Origin: an uncultured Chloroflexia bacterium
GTDB lineage: Bacteria > Chloroflexota > Anaerolineae > Anaerolineales > E44-bin32
Assembly: GCA_963818575.1 (NCBI GenBank)
Contig: CAWFSV010000014.1
Location: forward strand, 35,236 to 99,235
Direction of reading: 5' to 3'
Length of the DNA: 64,000 nt
Shown here: piece by piece, positions 1-9,172 of the stretch
Layout: every line of letters begins with the position of its first letter
How positions within the stretch are numbered: position 1 is the stretch's first letter
The notes under the pieces: generated by a model
What the model saw: only the letters and a program-made list of their open reading frames with translations
Databases searched by the model: none
What the model was told of the DNA's origin: nothing
Translations under genes and position numbers: made by a program

Positions 1-112
1 GTAAGTGGCTCAGACTGCCAGACGACCTTCCGCCGGGTGGTCCTCAGCATTCGAAACCGGTGGAGTCGGAGCTGGTCATCGGAGCCGCGTCTATGGTCCA
101 GGCAATGGCGGG

Positions 113-121
113 ATTATAGCA
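113..121 (-). promoter_or_regulatory. Extended -10 sigma70-type promoter (TGcTATAAT) for a gene running off the left edge
   Basis: Reverse complement of 113-121 reads TGCTATAAT, in the intergenic region downstream of yqeC-mocA. Confidence 0.55.
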
Positions 122-273
122 CGCGGCACGTGCTCGAAGCGCCGAGGCCGAAGGGCGATTCGGGAATTGCCGGGATTGCTTTGTCGGCTCACGGCCTCTT
201 CGGATGAACACCCGGCCTGGCATGCAAGGCATCGGATGCCTGTGGGCAGACGCGCCGCGGCCGAAGCCCGGGT

Positions 274-1611
274 TCACTCCAGCGATCGCAGCCGCGCCAG
301 ATCTTCCGGTGTGTCGACGTCGAAGGTGATCGAATCGTCCCAGTGGATACCGGCGATCCGAAAGCGCTCGAACACGGCGCGGCCGCCCTGGTCCCCCTGG
401 AGCTCGAGAAGGGCCGGGAAAGTCGAGCGGTCGAAGAGCACGGGATTGGCCCAGCGGTCGAGCACCCGCGGGGCGACGATCGGGGTCATGGTGCGTCGGT
501 ACTCGGTCAGCACCGCCCGCAGGACACGATCGGTGACGAAGGGCGTGTCCGAGAGCAGGAAGAACGCTGCTTCCATCCCTCTCCCGGCCGATTGCAGGCC
601 CAGACGGACGGACGTGCTCTGTCCCAGATCCCAATCCTGGTTGCGGACGAACAGGATCGGCAAATCCTTGAGCGCGCCCTGTACGGCGTCGGCCTCGACC
701 CCGCCCACGACAACCACGGGCGAGAGCCCGGCCTCGAGTGCCGCCCAGGCCGCATGCCACACCAGGGGCTTGCCGCGCCAGCGGACCAGCTGTTTCGGCT
801 GATGCAGCCGGCGTGAGCCGCCGGCGGCCAATACGATCCCGGCCACGCGACCGAAGACCTCCCGCGCCGGCGGCTCGTGTGCCACGCTTGCCACGACCGC
901 GGCCTGCAGGCGAGGATTGGCGAGCAGGAAGCGGGCGATCGATCGTCCCGCCTCGATCCGCTCGGGTGTGTCGGCCTTGTTCAGCAAGACGCGGACTTCG
1001 GCGCCTGGCGGGATCCCCTGCAGCCCGCCGTCCGCCGATCCCAGCAGGGCGGCCACATGTTCGATTTCGATCGTGGCGCCGGGCCGCAGCCCGAGGACCT
1101 GGCTGACTCGGTCCACCCGGTGCACGTACTGCTCGTCGAGCGGCATACCCACCACGTCCAACCCGGCCACAGAGATCACCAGATCGGCGAACGGGGGCAC
1201 GATCGGCTCGTGCGGCGCAGGGGCCTTGAGCGACCGGCCTCGCGCTCCGTCGGCCTCGATCAGAAGCGGCGCGCCTGCCATCGCCGACGATCGCTTGAGC
1301 GATTCAAGCGACGAGAGGTCGAGCCCCAGCCACTTGGGTTCACCGCGGGCGACGCCGCGCGTGATCAACACCGAGCGGTGTTCCTCGAGCAGACGTGGGA
1401 GCGAGCCGAGGGAGGATGCGTCCTGTACGATCAGGTGCGCTTCGGCCAGGGCCGCCTGGCTGAGGGCGAGCTTGGCGGTGGAGGTGATGACGACCGGTCC
1501 GTCGGAGGCGAGCTCCGCCGCCAGCCGCGCCAGTGCGGTCGACTTGCCCCCCGCCCCGATGAAGGCGACCGTCCGACGAGGGGTGACGCGCAGCGCATCA
1601 GCCAGCCGCAC
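274..1611 (-). CDS. yqeC: Selenium-dependent hydroxylase accessory protein YqeC fused to molybdenum cofactor cytidylyltransferase (MocA)
   Basis: N-terminal GAGGKST and LIEADGARGRSLKAPAPHEP (YqeC); C-terminal LAAGGSRR..PKQL, GQSTS, LSDTP, GDQGGR, DVDTPED (MocA/NTP transferase). GTG start at 1611 after GGGGAG. Confidence 0.88.
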   Translation of the reverse strand: MRLADALRVTPRRTVAFIGAGGKSTALARLAAELASDGPVVITSTAKLALSQAALAEAHLIVQDASSLGSLPRLLEEHRSVLITRGVARGEPKWLGLDLSSLESLKRSSAMAGAPLLIEADGARGRSLKAPAPHEPIVPPFADLVISVAGLDVVGMPLDEQYVHRVDRVSQVLGLRPGATIEIEHVAALLGSADGGLQGIPPGAEVRVLLNKADTPERIEAGRSIARFLLANPRLQAAVVASVAHEPPAREVFGRVAGIVLAAGGSRRLHQPKQLVRWRGKPLVWHAAWAALEAGLSPVVVVGGVEADAVQGALKDLPILFVRNQDWDLGQSTSVRLGLQSAGRGMEAAFFLLSDTPFVTDRVLRAVLTEYRRTMTPIVAPRVLDRWANPVLFDRSTFPALLELQGDQGGRAVFERFRIAGIHWDDSITFDVDTPEDLARLRSLE

Positions 1612-2433
1612 CTGTTTGCTCCCCCAGGCGCCTGCGGAGATCGCGCCGGGAGAGCAGGGCCTCCAGTACGCCGCCGCCGACCGCCAATGCTTTGTCGGAG
1701 ATCTCCCAGCAGAAGGCCACCTCGCCGCGCGGGTCGACATCACCGATCTTCATGCCGGCGCGAACGGCGATCCCGGGATGGACCAACCCTCGCAGCACAC
1801 CGGCAAACGGCGCGCGCACCTCGTAGCCGGCCACCTCGGCGATGAGCTGACCTTCCACGAGACGGGCGCCGATCTCCTCGCGTGCCTCCACCACCCCGTC
1901 TGCCGGAGCGCGCAGCACGCGCCGGGCGGCTTGACCTCCGACGGCCTCCGGGTGACGCGTGTCGGCCTCCGCCGGACCATCCCACAAGACCCGCCCCAGG
2001 CGGTGACCCCGATTCGTCTCCACGACAACGTGGCAATCCTCACCGGCGAGAAATCCGGGGCCGAGCCCAATCACCATCGACGCCGCACCGATGCCCAGCT
2101 CGTTGGGCTGCTTGCGCATGCGCGCGTCGACCAGGGCCGCCGGATCCAGCTCCGCCAGTGAGTCCGCCTCCGGGTCGATCAGAACCGGGATCACACCGTG
2201 CAAGATCTCCTCGCGCGCGCGCGCCGGGGAGCCGACGCGTCGGCCGTCAGGTCTTCCACGGCGGTCTCGCCGCGGTAGACAGCCTCAGCCAGCGCCACCG
2301 TCCGCCGCAGGACGAGCGGCTGTTGCAGCTCGGTGACCACCACGGCGAATCCGGCCCGCTGCAGGCGCGCCGCCACCCCGGTGGCCAGGTCACCCCCGCC
2401 GCGGATCAATACGAGCGGCACGCCGCGGGTCAT
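1598..2433 (-). CDS. yqeB: Selenium-dependent molybdenum hydroxylase system protein YqeB (frameshift near 2240)
   Basis: IRGGGDLATGVA..LRRTVA N-terminus continues in another frame as VDARMRK, GLGPGF, VETNRGHRLG, KIGDVDPR, ISDKALAVGGGVLEA. Confidence 0.88.
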
Positions 2434-4661
2434 TCGCCGGCGGCTTCCTTGATCCCGCGCTGCGACGCGCTCCGGCGTGAGCGGGAAGCGGTCGAACCAG
2501 ACGCCGGTGGCGTCATGGACGGCGGCTACAACCGCCGGCGCCAACGGCAGGAAGGGCATCTCCGCCATTCCGCGCAACCCGAACGGCCCGCGCGGATCGG
2601 GGAATTCGAGGATCAGCGAGTCGACCTTCTCCGGAACGTCGAGCACGGTCGGGATCAGGTAGCTCGAGAGGTGCGGCGTGACAACGTAGCCGTCCTTCTG
2701 GATGAAGTCCTCCAGGACGGCGTACCCCGCCGCCTGGACCACGCCGCCCTCGATCTGTCCGCGTACCAGCTGCGGGTTGATCGCCTTGCCGACGTCGTCG
2801 GCGCAGATCACCTTCAGCAGTCGCACGTGCCCGGTCTCGGTATCGACCTCGACGGTCACCGCCTCCGCCACGTAGCCGTAGGCGAAGTTCGGCTCGCACT
2901 CGCCGGTTTCCGGATCGAACATCGACGTCTTGGGCGGGCGATAGGTGTAGCTGGCGATGGCCGGGCGTTCTTCGGCGTGCCATTTCTCCAACGCCGCCTC
3001 GGCCGCGCCGCGGATCGAGTTGCCGGCCATGAAGGTCAGGCGCGAGGCGGAGGCCGAGCCCGAGTTGGCTGTGTGCGCGGTATCCGACGCCACCAGCTGC
3101 ACGTGGTCCGCCGGGACGCCGACGGCGTCGGCGGCCATCTGGAGCATCACGGTGTGGGCCCCCTGCCCGACTTCGGCCCCGGCGTGGTAGAGCACGACCC
3201 GTTCGATCGACTCCTGCCCGTGCAGCTCGATCGTCGCCGAGCACTGCTCCGGCGCGCCGAAGGAGAACCCGACGTTCTTGAAGCTGCACGCCAGGCCCAG
3301 CCCGCGTTTGAGGTGCGGCTCAGGGGGCGTGCCCAGTGCCGCTGCCGGGGGTCGCAGCCAGCCTCTGGATTCTCGGGTCCAGCCGGCGCGCCGCGCGCAA
3401 GCTTCGACGACCGGTCCGATCGAGACGCCAGGCGGGAGCGGCGTTCCCACCGAAAGCAGCGAACCCTCGGCGAGCAGGTTGGCCGTCCGGATTTCCACCG
3501 GGTCCATCCCCAGAGCCTCGGCCAGGCGGTCCATCTGCCCTTCGGCGGCAAACGTGGCCTGCGGACCGCCGAATCCACGAAAGGCGCCGTTGGGCAGGTT
3601 GTTGGTATAGACCGCGTACGCGTCCACGGATACGTTGGGGAATTCGTACGGCCCGGTGCACATCAGCGTGGCATTGCCCAGCACCTTGGTCGATGTGTAC
3701 GCGTAGGCGCCCCCGTCCTGCACGAGCTCCATCCGGGCGGCGATGAGCTTGCCCTTGCTGGTGGCGCCCCAACTCGCACGGATCACAAACGGATGCCGCT
3801 TGTGATGGCCGAGGATCGAACTCTTCCCGCGACCAGATGATCTTGACCGGGCGAGAGATCCCGCGCTGCTTCAGGCGCCAGGCCGCCAGCGCCAGGACGA
3901 TCTGGACCGACATGTCCTCGCGGCCGCCGAATGCGCCGCCGATCGCCGGATAGACGACCCGAATCTGATCCAGCGGCAGGCCCAACGCATGCGCGATCTG
4001 CTCCTGGTCTTCATGCGTCCACTGGCCCGGCCACCTGGACCAGGATCCGACCGGCCTCGTCGATCGAGGCGACACCGGCCTCGGGCTGCAGGTACGCATG
4101 CTCCTGGGCCGGCGTGCGGTATTCGTGCTCGATGACCACGGCAGCGCGCGCCAGCCCCGCCTCGGCGTCGCCCTTGCGGATGCGGAAATGGCCGAAGACA
4201 TTGGTGCCGCGCTCCGGATGCAGCACGGCCGCGTCCGGGCCGCGAGCGTCCAGGACATCCGTGACCACCGGCAAGTCTTCGTACTCGACGGCGATGCGCC
4301 GGACGCCTTCGGCGGCAACCGCCTCGGTTTCGGCGACCACCAGCGCCACCTGGTCTCCGACAAAGCGCACGCGGTCGGCCCCCGGCTTGGACGAGCCCGG
4401 TCCGCAGAGCACCGGTTGGTCCGGCAGGATCAAGCCGTACTCGTTGACCGGAACGTCCCGGGCGGTGAGGACCGCCAGCACGCCCGGAAGCGCCTCGGCG
4501 GCGGCGGTGTCGATGCGGCGCACGATCGCGTGCGGCCGGCCGGCAAACAGGATCTTCATCGCCGCCGCATCCGGCGGATTCAGGTCCCCCGGATACGCTG
4601 CCGTCCCGGTGACCTTGGCGTGGGCATCGACCCGGTTGCGCGCCTGACCTACCGCCGGCAT
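2430..4661 (-). CDS. Xanthine dehydrogenase family molybdopterin-binding subunit (frameshifts near 4030, 3820, 2465)
   Basis: [41 protein letters not shown] and GMAE motifs spread over three frames; stop overlaps yqeB start (ATGA). Confidence 0.88.
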
Positions 4662-4680
4662 CCCGCCGCCTTCCCGCGCC

Positions 4681-6390
4681 TCACCCTGCCGCCGCCGCAC
4701 GACGGACTTCGAGATCGAAGACGCGCCGCAGGATGGTCAGGCTGGTGGCGTAGGTGGGATCCATGCCGAAATACGAAAGCGACCCGGCGCCCAGGTTCTT
4801 GCCCTTGCTGAGCGGCGTGTCGGAGGCGTAGTGCAGCAGCCCGATATCGAACGGCACGCCGTGCAGATTGACGATCTCGTTGTTGGGGTAGCGCCGCGGC
4901 CGGTGCATCTCGCACACGGCCGAGAGGTACGGCCCGGCCTCCATCTCGATGTCGGTGTAGCCCTCACGGTAGAACACGTCCATGTAGCGCGGCGTCTGCA
5001 GGAAGGTCCCGCGGACGCTGACCGTCTTCTGGTTGTCGAGCACGGTGCCGTAGACCAGGTGGTCGGTGATGTCCGAGGCCACGAAGCAATTGTCGAACAG
5101 GTAGGTGTTCTGCGAGTGCTCGTCGTGGACGACGGATGGGATCATCACATCCCCGATCACGCCGTTGAGCGTGGCCGCCTTGCCCGAGGCGTACACGCCG
5201 CGCACCTCCCCCACCCGCGTGGCGACATAGGACAGGATCAGATACGCGGCCGCACCGAGCGGGTAGTCGATGTTGACGATGACCGCATCACTCCGGGCAA
5301 GCGCCTCCAGGTCCGGGCGCTGCAGCCGCGGGTCCACCCAGTCGGGGCGGATCTTGCGCAAGTCAATCAGTTGGACGGTGACATCGAACCCGTGGCTGGC
5401 AATCCGCTGGATGCCGGCGGTATCCTCGTCCTTCTGCCGGGCAGCCTTGAGGGCCTGGCCCTCCGGCGTCTCGGCGCACTTCTTCAGGGCGTAGTACAGG
5501 AAGTTCTCGCGGCTGGAACGCACCTGACGCGATTCGATGTCTCGCCATTCCGCCAGCAGGTCGGCATGCTGCGGCCTTTCCAGGAAGCGCACCAGCTCGT
5601 CCTGGTGCCGCAGGGCGAAACCGCTGACCAGGTTCACCAGGCTGTGCGGATTGCTCGAGACGAAGTAGATCGGTCGATGCGCCAGCGAAGGCTCGGCCGA
5701 CACGATGTGCTCCCACCACGCCTGCGTGGCGCGCCGGTAGTCGTTCAGCGAACCGGCCAGCAGGCGCACGCGCAGGTTCTTGGGTGCGCTGGCCATCGCC
5801 CGCAGGAAGATCCAGAAGTTCTCCCCCCACGCCCGGCGCAGGCGGTCCAGGTCCTCGGCCTCGATCCCGATCCCGGCCGCCAGCGCCGCCAGCGGCTCGT
5901 CCTCCTCGCTGGCTGCCTCGAGGAAGGCCCGCGCCTGTTCCCCGCGCAGGCGACGGTGCATCTTGTTCCACTCGATCTGGAAACCCGTCAGCATCGGCAG
6001 GATATCGTCGATGTCGGAGCCGCTGGCGATATACAGCGCCAGCGTGGAGCGACGGTCGAAGTAGCTGCGCCGACGTCTCGCCTTGGACGCCACCGGCTCC
6101 CAGGTCTCGACGTCTCCCAGGCCGTGCTGCAGGAAGACCTCCTTGCTCTGGCCGAGCACCACCCGCTCGACCTGCGTGATGCAGGCCGGCAGGCGCAGCG
6201 AGGTGTAGATCAGCGCCGACATGTCCGGCCCCGGTGCCTGGGCGCGAGGGTGCAGCGAGGAGCCCATGCCGGCATGGACCTCCTCCAGCGTCCGCACCTG
6301 CACATCGGTCGTCGACCGCAGCAGCGAGTAGTAGGTGCGGATGTAGAGCTCGATTTCCTCGGAACCCGTGCGCGGGACCGTCCTGTCCAT
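4681..6390 (-). CDS. Hypothetical protein (569 aa) with C-terminal nucleoside phosphorylase/nucleosidase-like motifs
   Basis: Intact long ORF in operon orientation; GKAATLNG..GDVMIP, DIEMEAG and YASDTP resemble PNP/UDP-family signatures. Confidence 0.7.
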   Translation of the reverse strand: MDRTVPRTGSEEIELYIRTYYSLLRSTTDVQVRTLEEVHAGMGSSLHPRAQAPGPDMSALIYTSLRLPACITQVERVVLGQSKEVFLQHGLGDVETWEPVASKARRRRSYFDRRSTLALYIASGSDIDDILPMLTGFQIEWNKMHRRLRGEQARAFLEAASEEDEPLAALAAGIGIEAEDLDRLRRAWGENFWIFLRAMASAPKNLRVRLLAGSLNDYRRATQAWWEHIVSAEPSLAHRPIYFVSSNPHSLVNLVSGFALRHQDELVRFLERPQHADLLAEWRDIESRQVRSSRENFLYYALKKCAETPEGQALKAARQKDEDTAGIQRIASHGFDVTVQLIDLRKIRPDWVDPRLQRPDLEALARSDAVIVNIDYPLGAAAYLILSYVATRVGEVRGVYASGKAATLNGVIGDVMIPSVVHDEHSQNTYLFDNCFVASDITDHLVYGTVLDNQKTVSVRGTFLQTPRYMDVFYREGYTDIEMEAGPYLSAVCEMHRPRRYPNNEIVNLHGVPFDIGLLHYASDTPLSKGKNLGAGSLSYFGMDPTYATSLTILRRVFDLEVRRAAAAG

Positions 6391-6397
6391 CGGGACC

Positions 6398-6769
6398 TCA
6401 GCGCCCCTTCCTGGGGCCGGTGCGCTTCAAGGGCGGGACGTCCGTCTCACCCGGTTGGACCGGGAAGGCCATGGCATACACGACCGCCAGGACACCGTAG
6501 CCGAACAACATGAACACGAAGGCGATGAACAGCTGCACCACGATGCCGGCCGGCAGGAAGGTCAGGTAGGGGATGTTCATGATCACCGGCGGCAGATACA
6601 CCCAGCCCTGCGCGGCGTTCTGCTGAAGGAACCACCCGGCGGCGAGAAAGCCGGCTACGGCCAGCCCCGCCAGCAACACACATCCCACGCCGCGCCAGAT
6701 CGGGTTCATGCGCCGCTTGGCTTCGCGCTCGCGCTCGTGCTGCGCGAACCTCCACGTATCTCGTCCCAT
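6398..6769 (-). CDS. Small membrane protein (2 predicted TM helices)
   Basis: AGGAGG RBS before ATG 6769; two hydrophobic stretches; fills the gap between neighbouring genes. Confidence 0.7.
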   Translation of the reverse strand: MGRDTWRFAQHEREREAKRRMNPIWRGVGCVLLAGLAVAGFLAAGWFLQQNAAQGWVYLPPVIMNIPYLTFLPAGIVVQLFIAFVFMLFGYGVLAVVYAMAFPVQPGETDVPPLKRTGPRKGR

Positions 6770-6813
6770 GCCAGCCTCCTGGTCCGGCCGATCCTCCGGC
6801 CGGCGATCTCGAC

Positions 6814-8230
6814 TCAGCCTCGCGCCGCGGCCCGTTCGACGGCTTCGAGGATGCTGTAGTACCCGGTACACCGGCACAGGTTCCCGGTGAATGCCTGCTC
6901 GATTTCGCTGCGGGTCGGATGCGGCCGCTCGTCGAGCAGCGCCGCACCGGACATCAGGAAGCCGGGCGTGCAGTACCCACACTGCACGGCGCCGGTCTCG
7001 ACAAACGCCTGCTGCAGCGGGTGCAGCTTGTCTGCGTCGGCCAGGCCCTCGACCGTGCGGATCTCCGCCCCATGGGCCCGAGGCGCCGGCACCATGCACG
7101 CCATCACCGCCGCGCCGTCGAGCACGACGGTGCAGGCGCCGCACTCGCCTTCGGCGCAGCCCTCTTTGGTGCCCACCAGCAGTCCCTCTTCGCGCAGCAG
7201 GCGCAGCAGGCTCTTCTCCTGACCGCTGGAGAACGTGCGCCGCACGCCGTTGATCGTCGTCTCGATCGGCGTCCCGGTTCGATGCACCGTCGAGCGACGG
7301 GCCGCCTGGCGCACGTGAGGCTCGTCCCGACCCCACAGCGTCACCGGCGCCTCCGGGAAGCCCTGCCGCTCGCGTCCGGCCGCCAGGGACCGAAGACAGC
7401 GCCGCACGCTGACCTCGACCATGTCGCTCCGGTAGGCGGCGGTGGCGCGCAGGTCATCGATCGGACGCGCCGCCTGCACCGCCCGGCGCGACGCTTCCAG
7501 CACCACGGCCGGCAGCAGTTCCTTGCCGGCCAGGTACTCTTCGGCCGCCAGAGCGCGCACGATCGTCGGCGCCACCGCACCCAGCGTGATCGCCGCCCGG
7601 CTCACCCGCCTCCCGTCGAACTCCAGCGACGACGGCGGCGTTCACCACGGAGATCGCCTGCGCGCGCCGCAGGGCGAGCTTGTAGAACGTGCTGCGCGTG
7701 CCCTGCTCGGGGACGGGGAAGGCGATGTCGCTCAGCCATTCGTCCGGTCCCATCACGGTCCGGCGCACGCCGGTGTAGAACTCGGCCAGCGGAATGCGCC
7801 TCTCCCAGCGTCGCGACCGCAGCCCCACGACGGCGCCCAGCGCCATGAGGGGCGGGATGGTGTCGTTCGCCGGGGAGGCCGTGATCAGATTGCCGGCCAC
7901 CGTCCCCCGGTTGCGAATCTGCGGCGCACCGACTTCCCAGCAGGCGCGCGCCAGGGCGAAGGCGTTCTCGACGATCAGCGGCGACACGGCCACGTGGTTG
8001 TGCGTCACCAGCGGCCCCAGGTGGATCCAACCGTGTGGATCGACGCCGATCGTATCCAACCCCGGAAGCCGCGACACGTCGATGAGCGCTTCCACGCCGG
8101 GGCGCACGCCGCGCTCCAACTCCAGGATCAGGTCGGTCGCTCCGGCCACGACTCGCGCCGCCGCGCGATGCTCCGCCAGCAGGCCCAGCACCTGATCCAC
8201 CGAGGTCGGCGTGTAGTACACCTTCCACAT
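6814..8230 (-). CDS. Xanthine dehydrogenase family FAD-binding subunit fused to a 2x[2Fe-2S] domain (frameshift near 7620)
   Basis: [35 protein letters not shown]; C-terminal [26 protein letters not shown]. Confidence 0.88.
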
Positions 8231-8236
8231 ACGGGC

Positions 8237-9070
8237 TTACGCTCCCGAACGTCGTTCGACCGGCACGGCCGCGGTGTGCGCCATCGACTCTCCGCTGCCG
8301 CCCCGGCGCTGTTGGATGATCTGCGCCAGAATGCTGACGGCGATCTCCTCGGGGGTCTCGGCCTTCAGCTCCAGACCCATCGGCGACGTCACCCGCGCCA
8401 GCGCCTCGGGCGATACGCCCCGCTGGCGTAGTTCCTTGGCCGTCGTCTCCCATCGCTTGCGCGATCCGATTACGCCGATGTACGCCGCCGGTCCGGCCAG
8501 CAGCGACGGCAGCGCCTCGACATCCAACGGAACCCCGCGGGTCGTCAGCACCAGGTAGGTGTCCGGGGTGATGGTGACATGGCTGGTGATCTCGCCCATC
8601 GGACAGGCGATCGCCTGGTCGGCATCGGGCGCCGACTCGGCGGAGGCGAATTCGGGGCGGTCATCACATACGACGGTGCGGAATCCCAGCCAGCGGGCGA
8701 GATGCAGCACGGCCCGCCCCACATGTCCTCCGCCCACGACCACGAGCGTCGGCCGCCGCCCCAGCGGTTCGACAAACACGTCGACCTCCCCTCCACACAC
8801 TCCCGGGTCCCCTTGCGCCGGATCCTGGAAGGTGTAGTGCAGCATGGCCGTCGCGCCGTCGGCCATCGATTGCAGCGCCGCCTGCCGCACCCTCTCCTCC
8901 ATCTCCCCGCCGCCGATCGTCCCCACGACGCGTCCATCGCCATACACGAGCATCTTGCTGCCGGCGTGACGCGGGACCGCGCCGCGAGCGCGCACGACGG
9001 TGGCCAGCGCCGCCGCCTGGCCCGTGCGTTCAATCTCCGCCAATGTCTCGAACGACAATCGCTGCGCCAC
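8237..9070 (-). CDS. xdhC: XdhC/CoxI family molybdoenzyme maturation factor
   Basis: GTIGGGEME, GVCGG, VVGGGHVG, DDRPEF, YIGVIGSRKR, PMGLELKAETPEEIAVSI. Confidence 0.9.
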   Translation of the reverse strand: MAQRLSFETLAEIERTGQAAALATVVRARGAVPRHAGSKMLVYGDGRVVGTIGGGEMEERVRQAALQSMADGATAMLHYTFQDPAQGDPGVCGGEVDVFVEPLGRRPTLVVVGGGHVGRAVLHLARWLGFRTVVCDDRPEFASAESAPDADQAIACPMGEITSHVTITPDTYLVLTTRGVPLDVEALPSLLAGPAAYIGVIGSRKRWETTAKELRQRGVSPEALARVTSPMGLELKAETPEEIAVSILAQIIQQRRGGSGESMAHTAAVPVERRSGA

Positions 9071-9172
9071 GTCATTCCTTTATGAGCGGCAGAAGGCGTG
9101 CGCTCCGCGCGGGATGCGCCTTGCCTGTCATCGTCCGCTGCCCGTGCCCCGGCAGCCGGCAGAACCGGACCT

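Noticed and set aside
2191-3786. Apparent Xdh Mo-subunit/YqeB fusion in the ORF track
   Set aside because: A one-base shift near 2465 restores a stop overlapping the yqeB ATG (ATGA at 2430-2433); artefact
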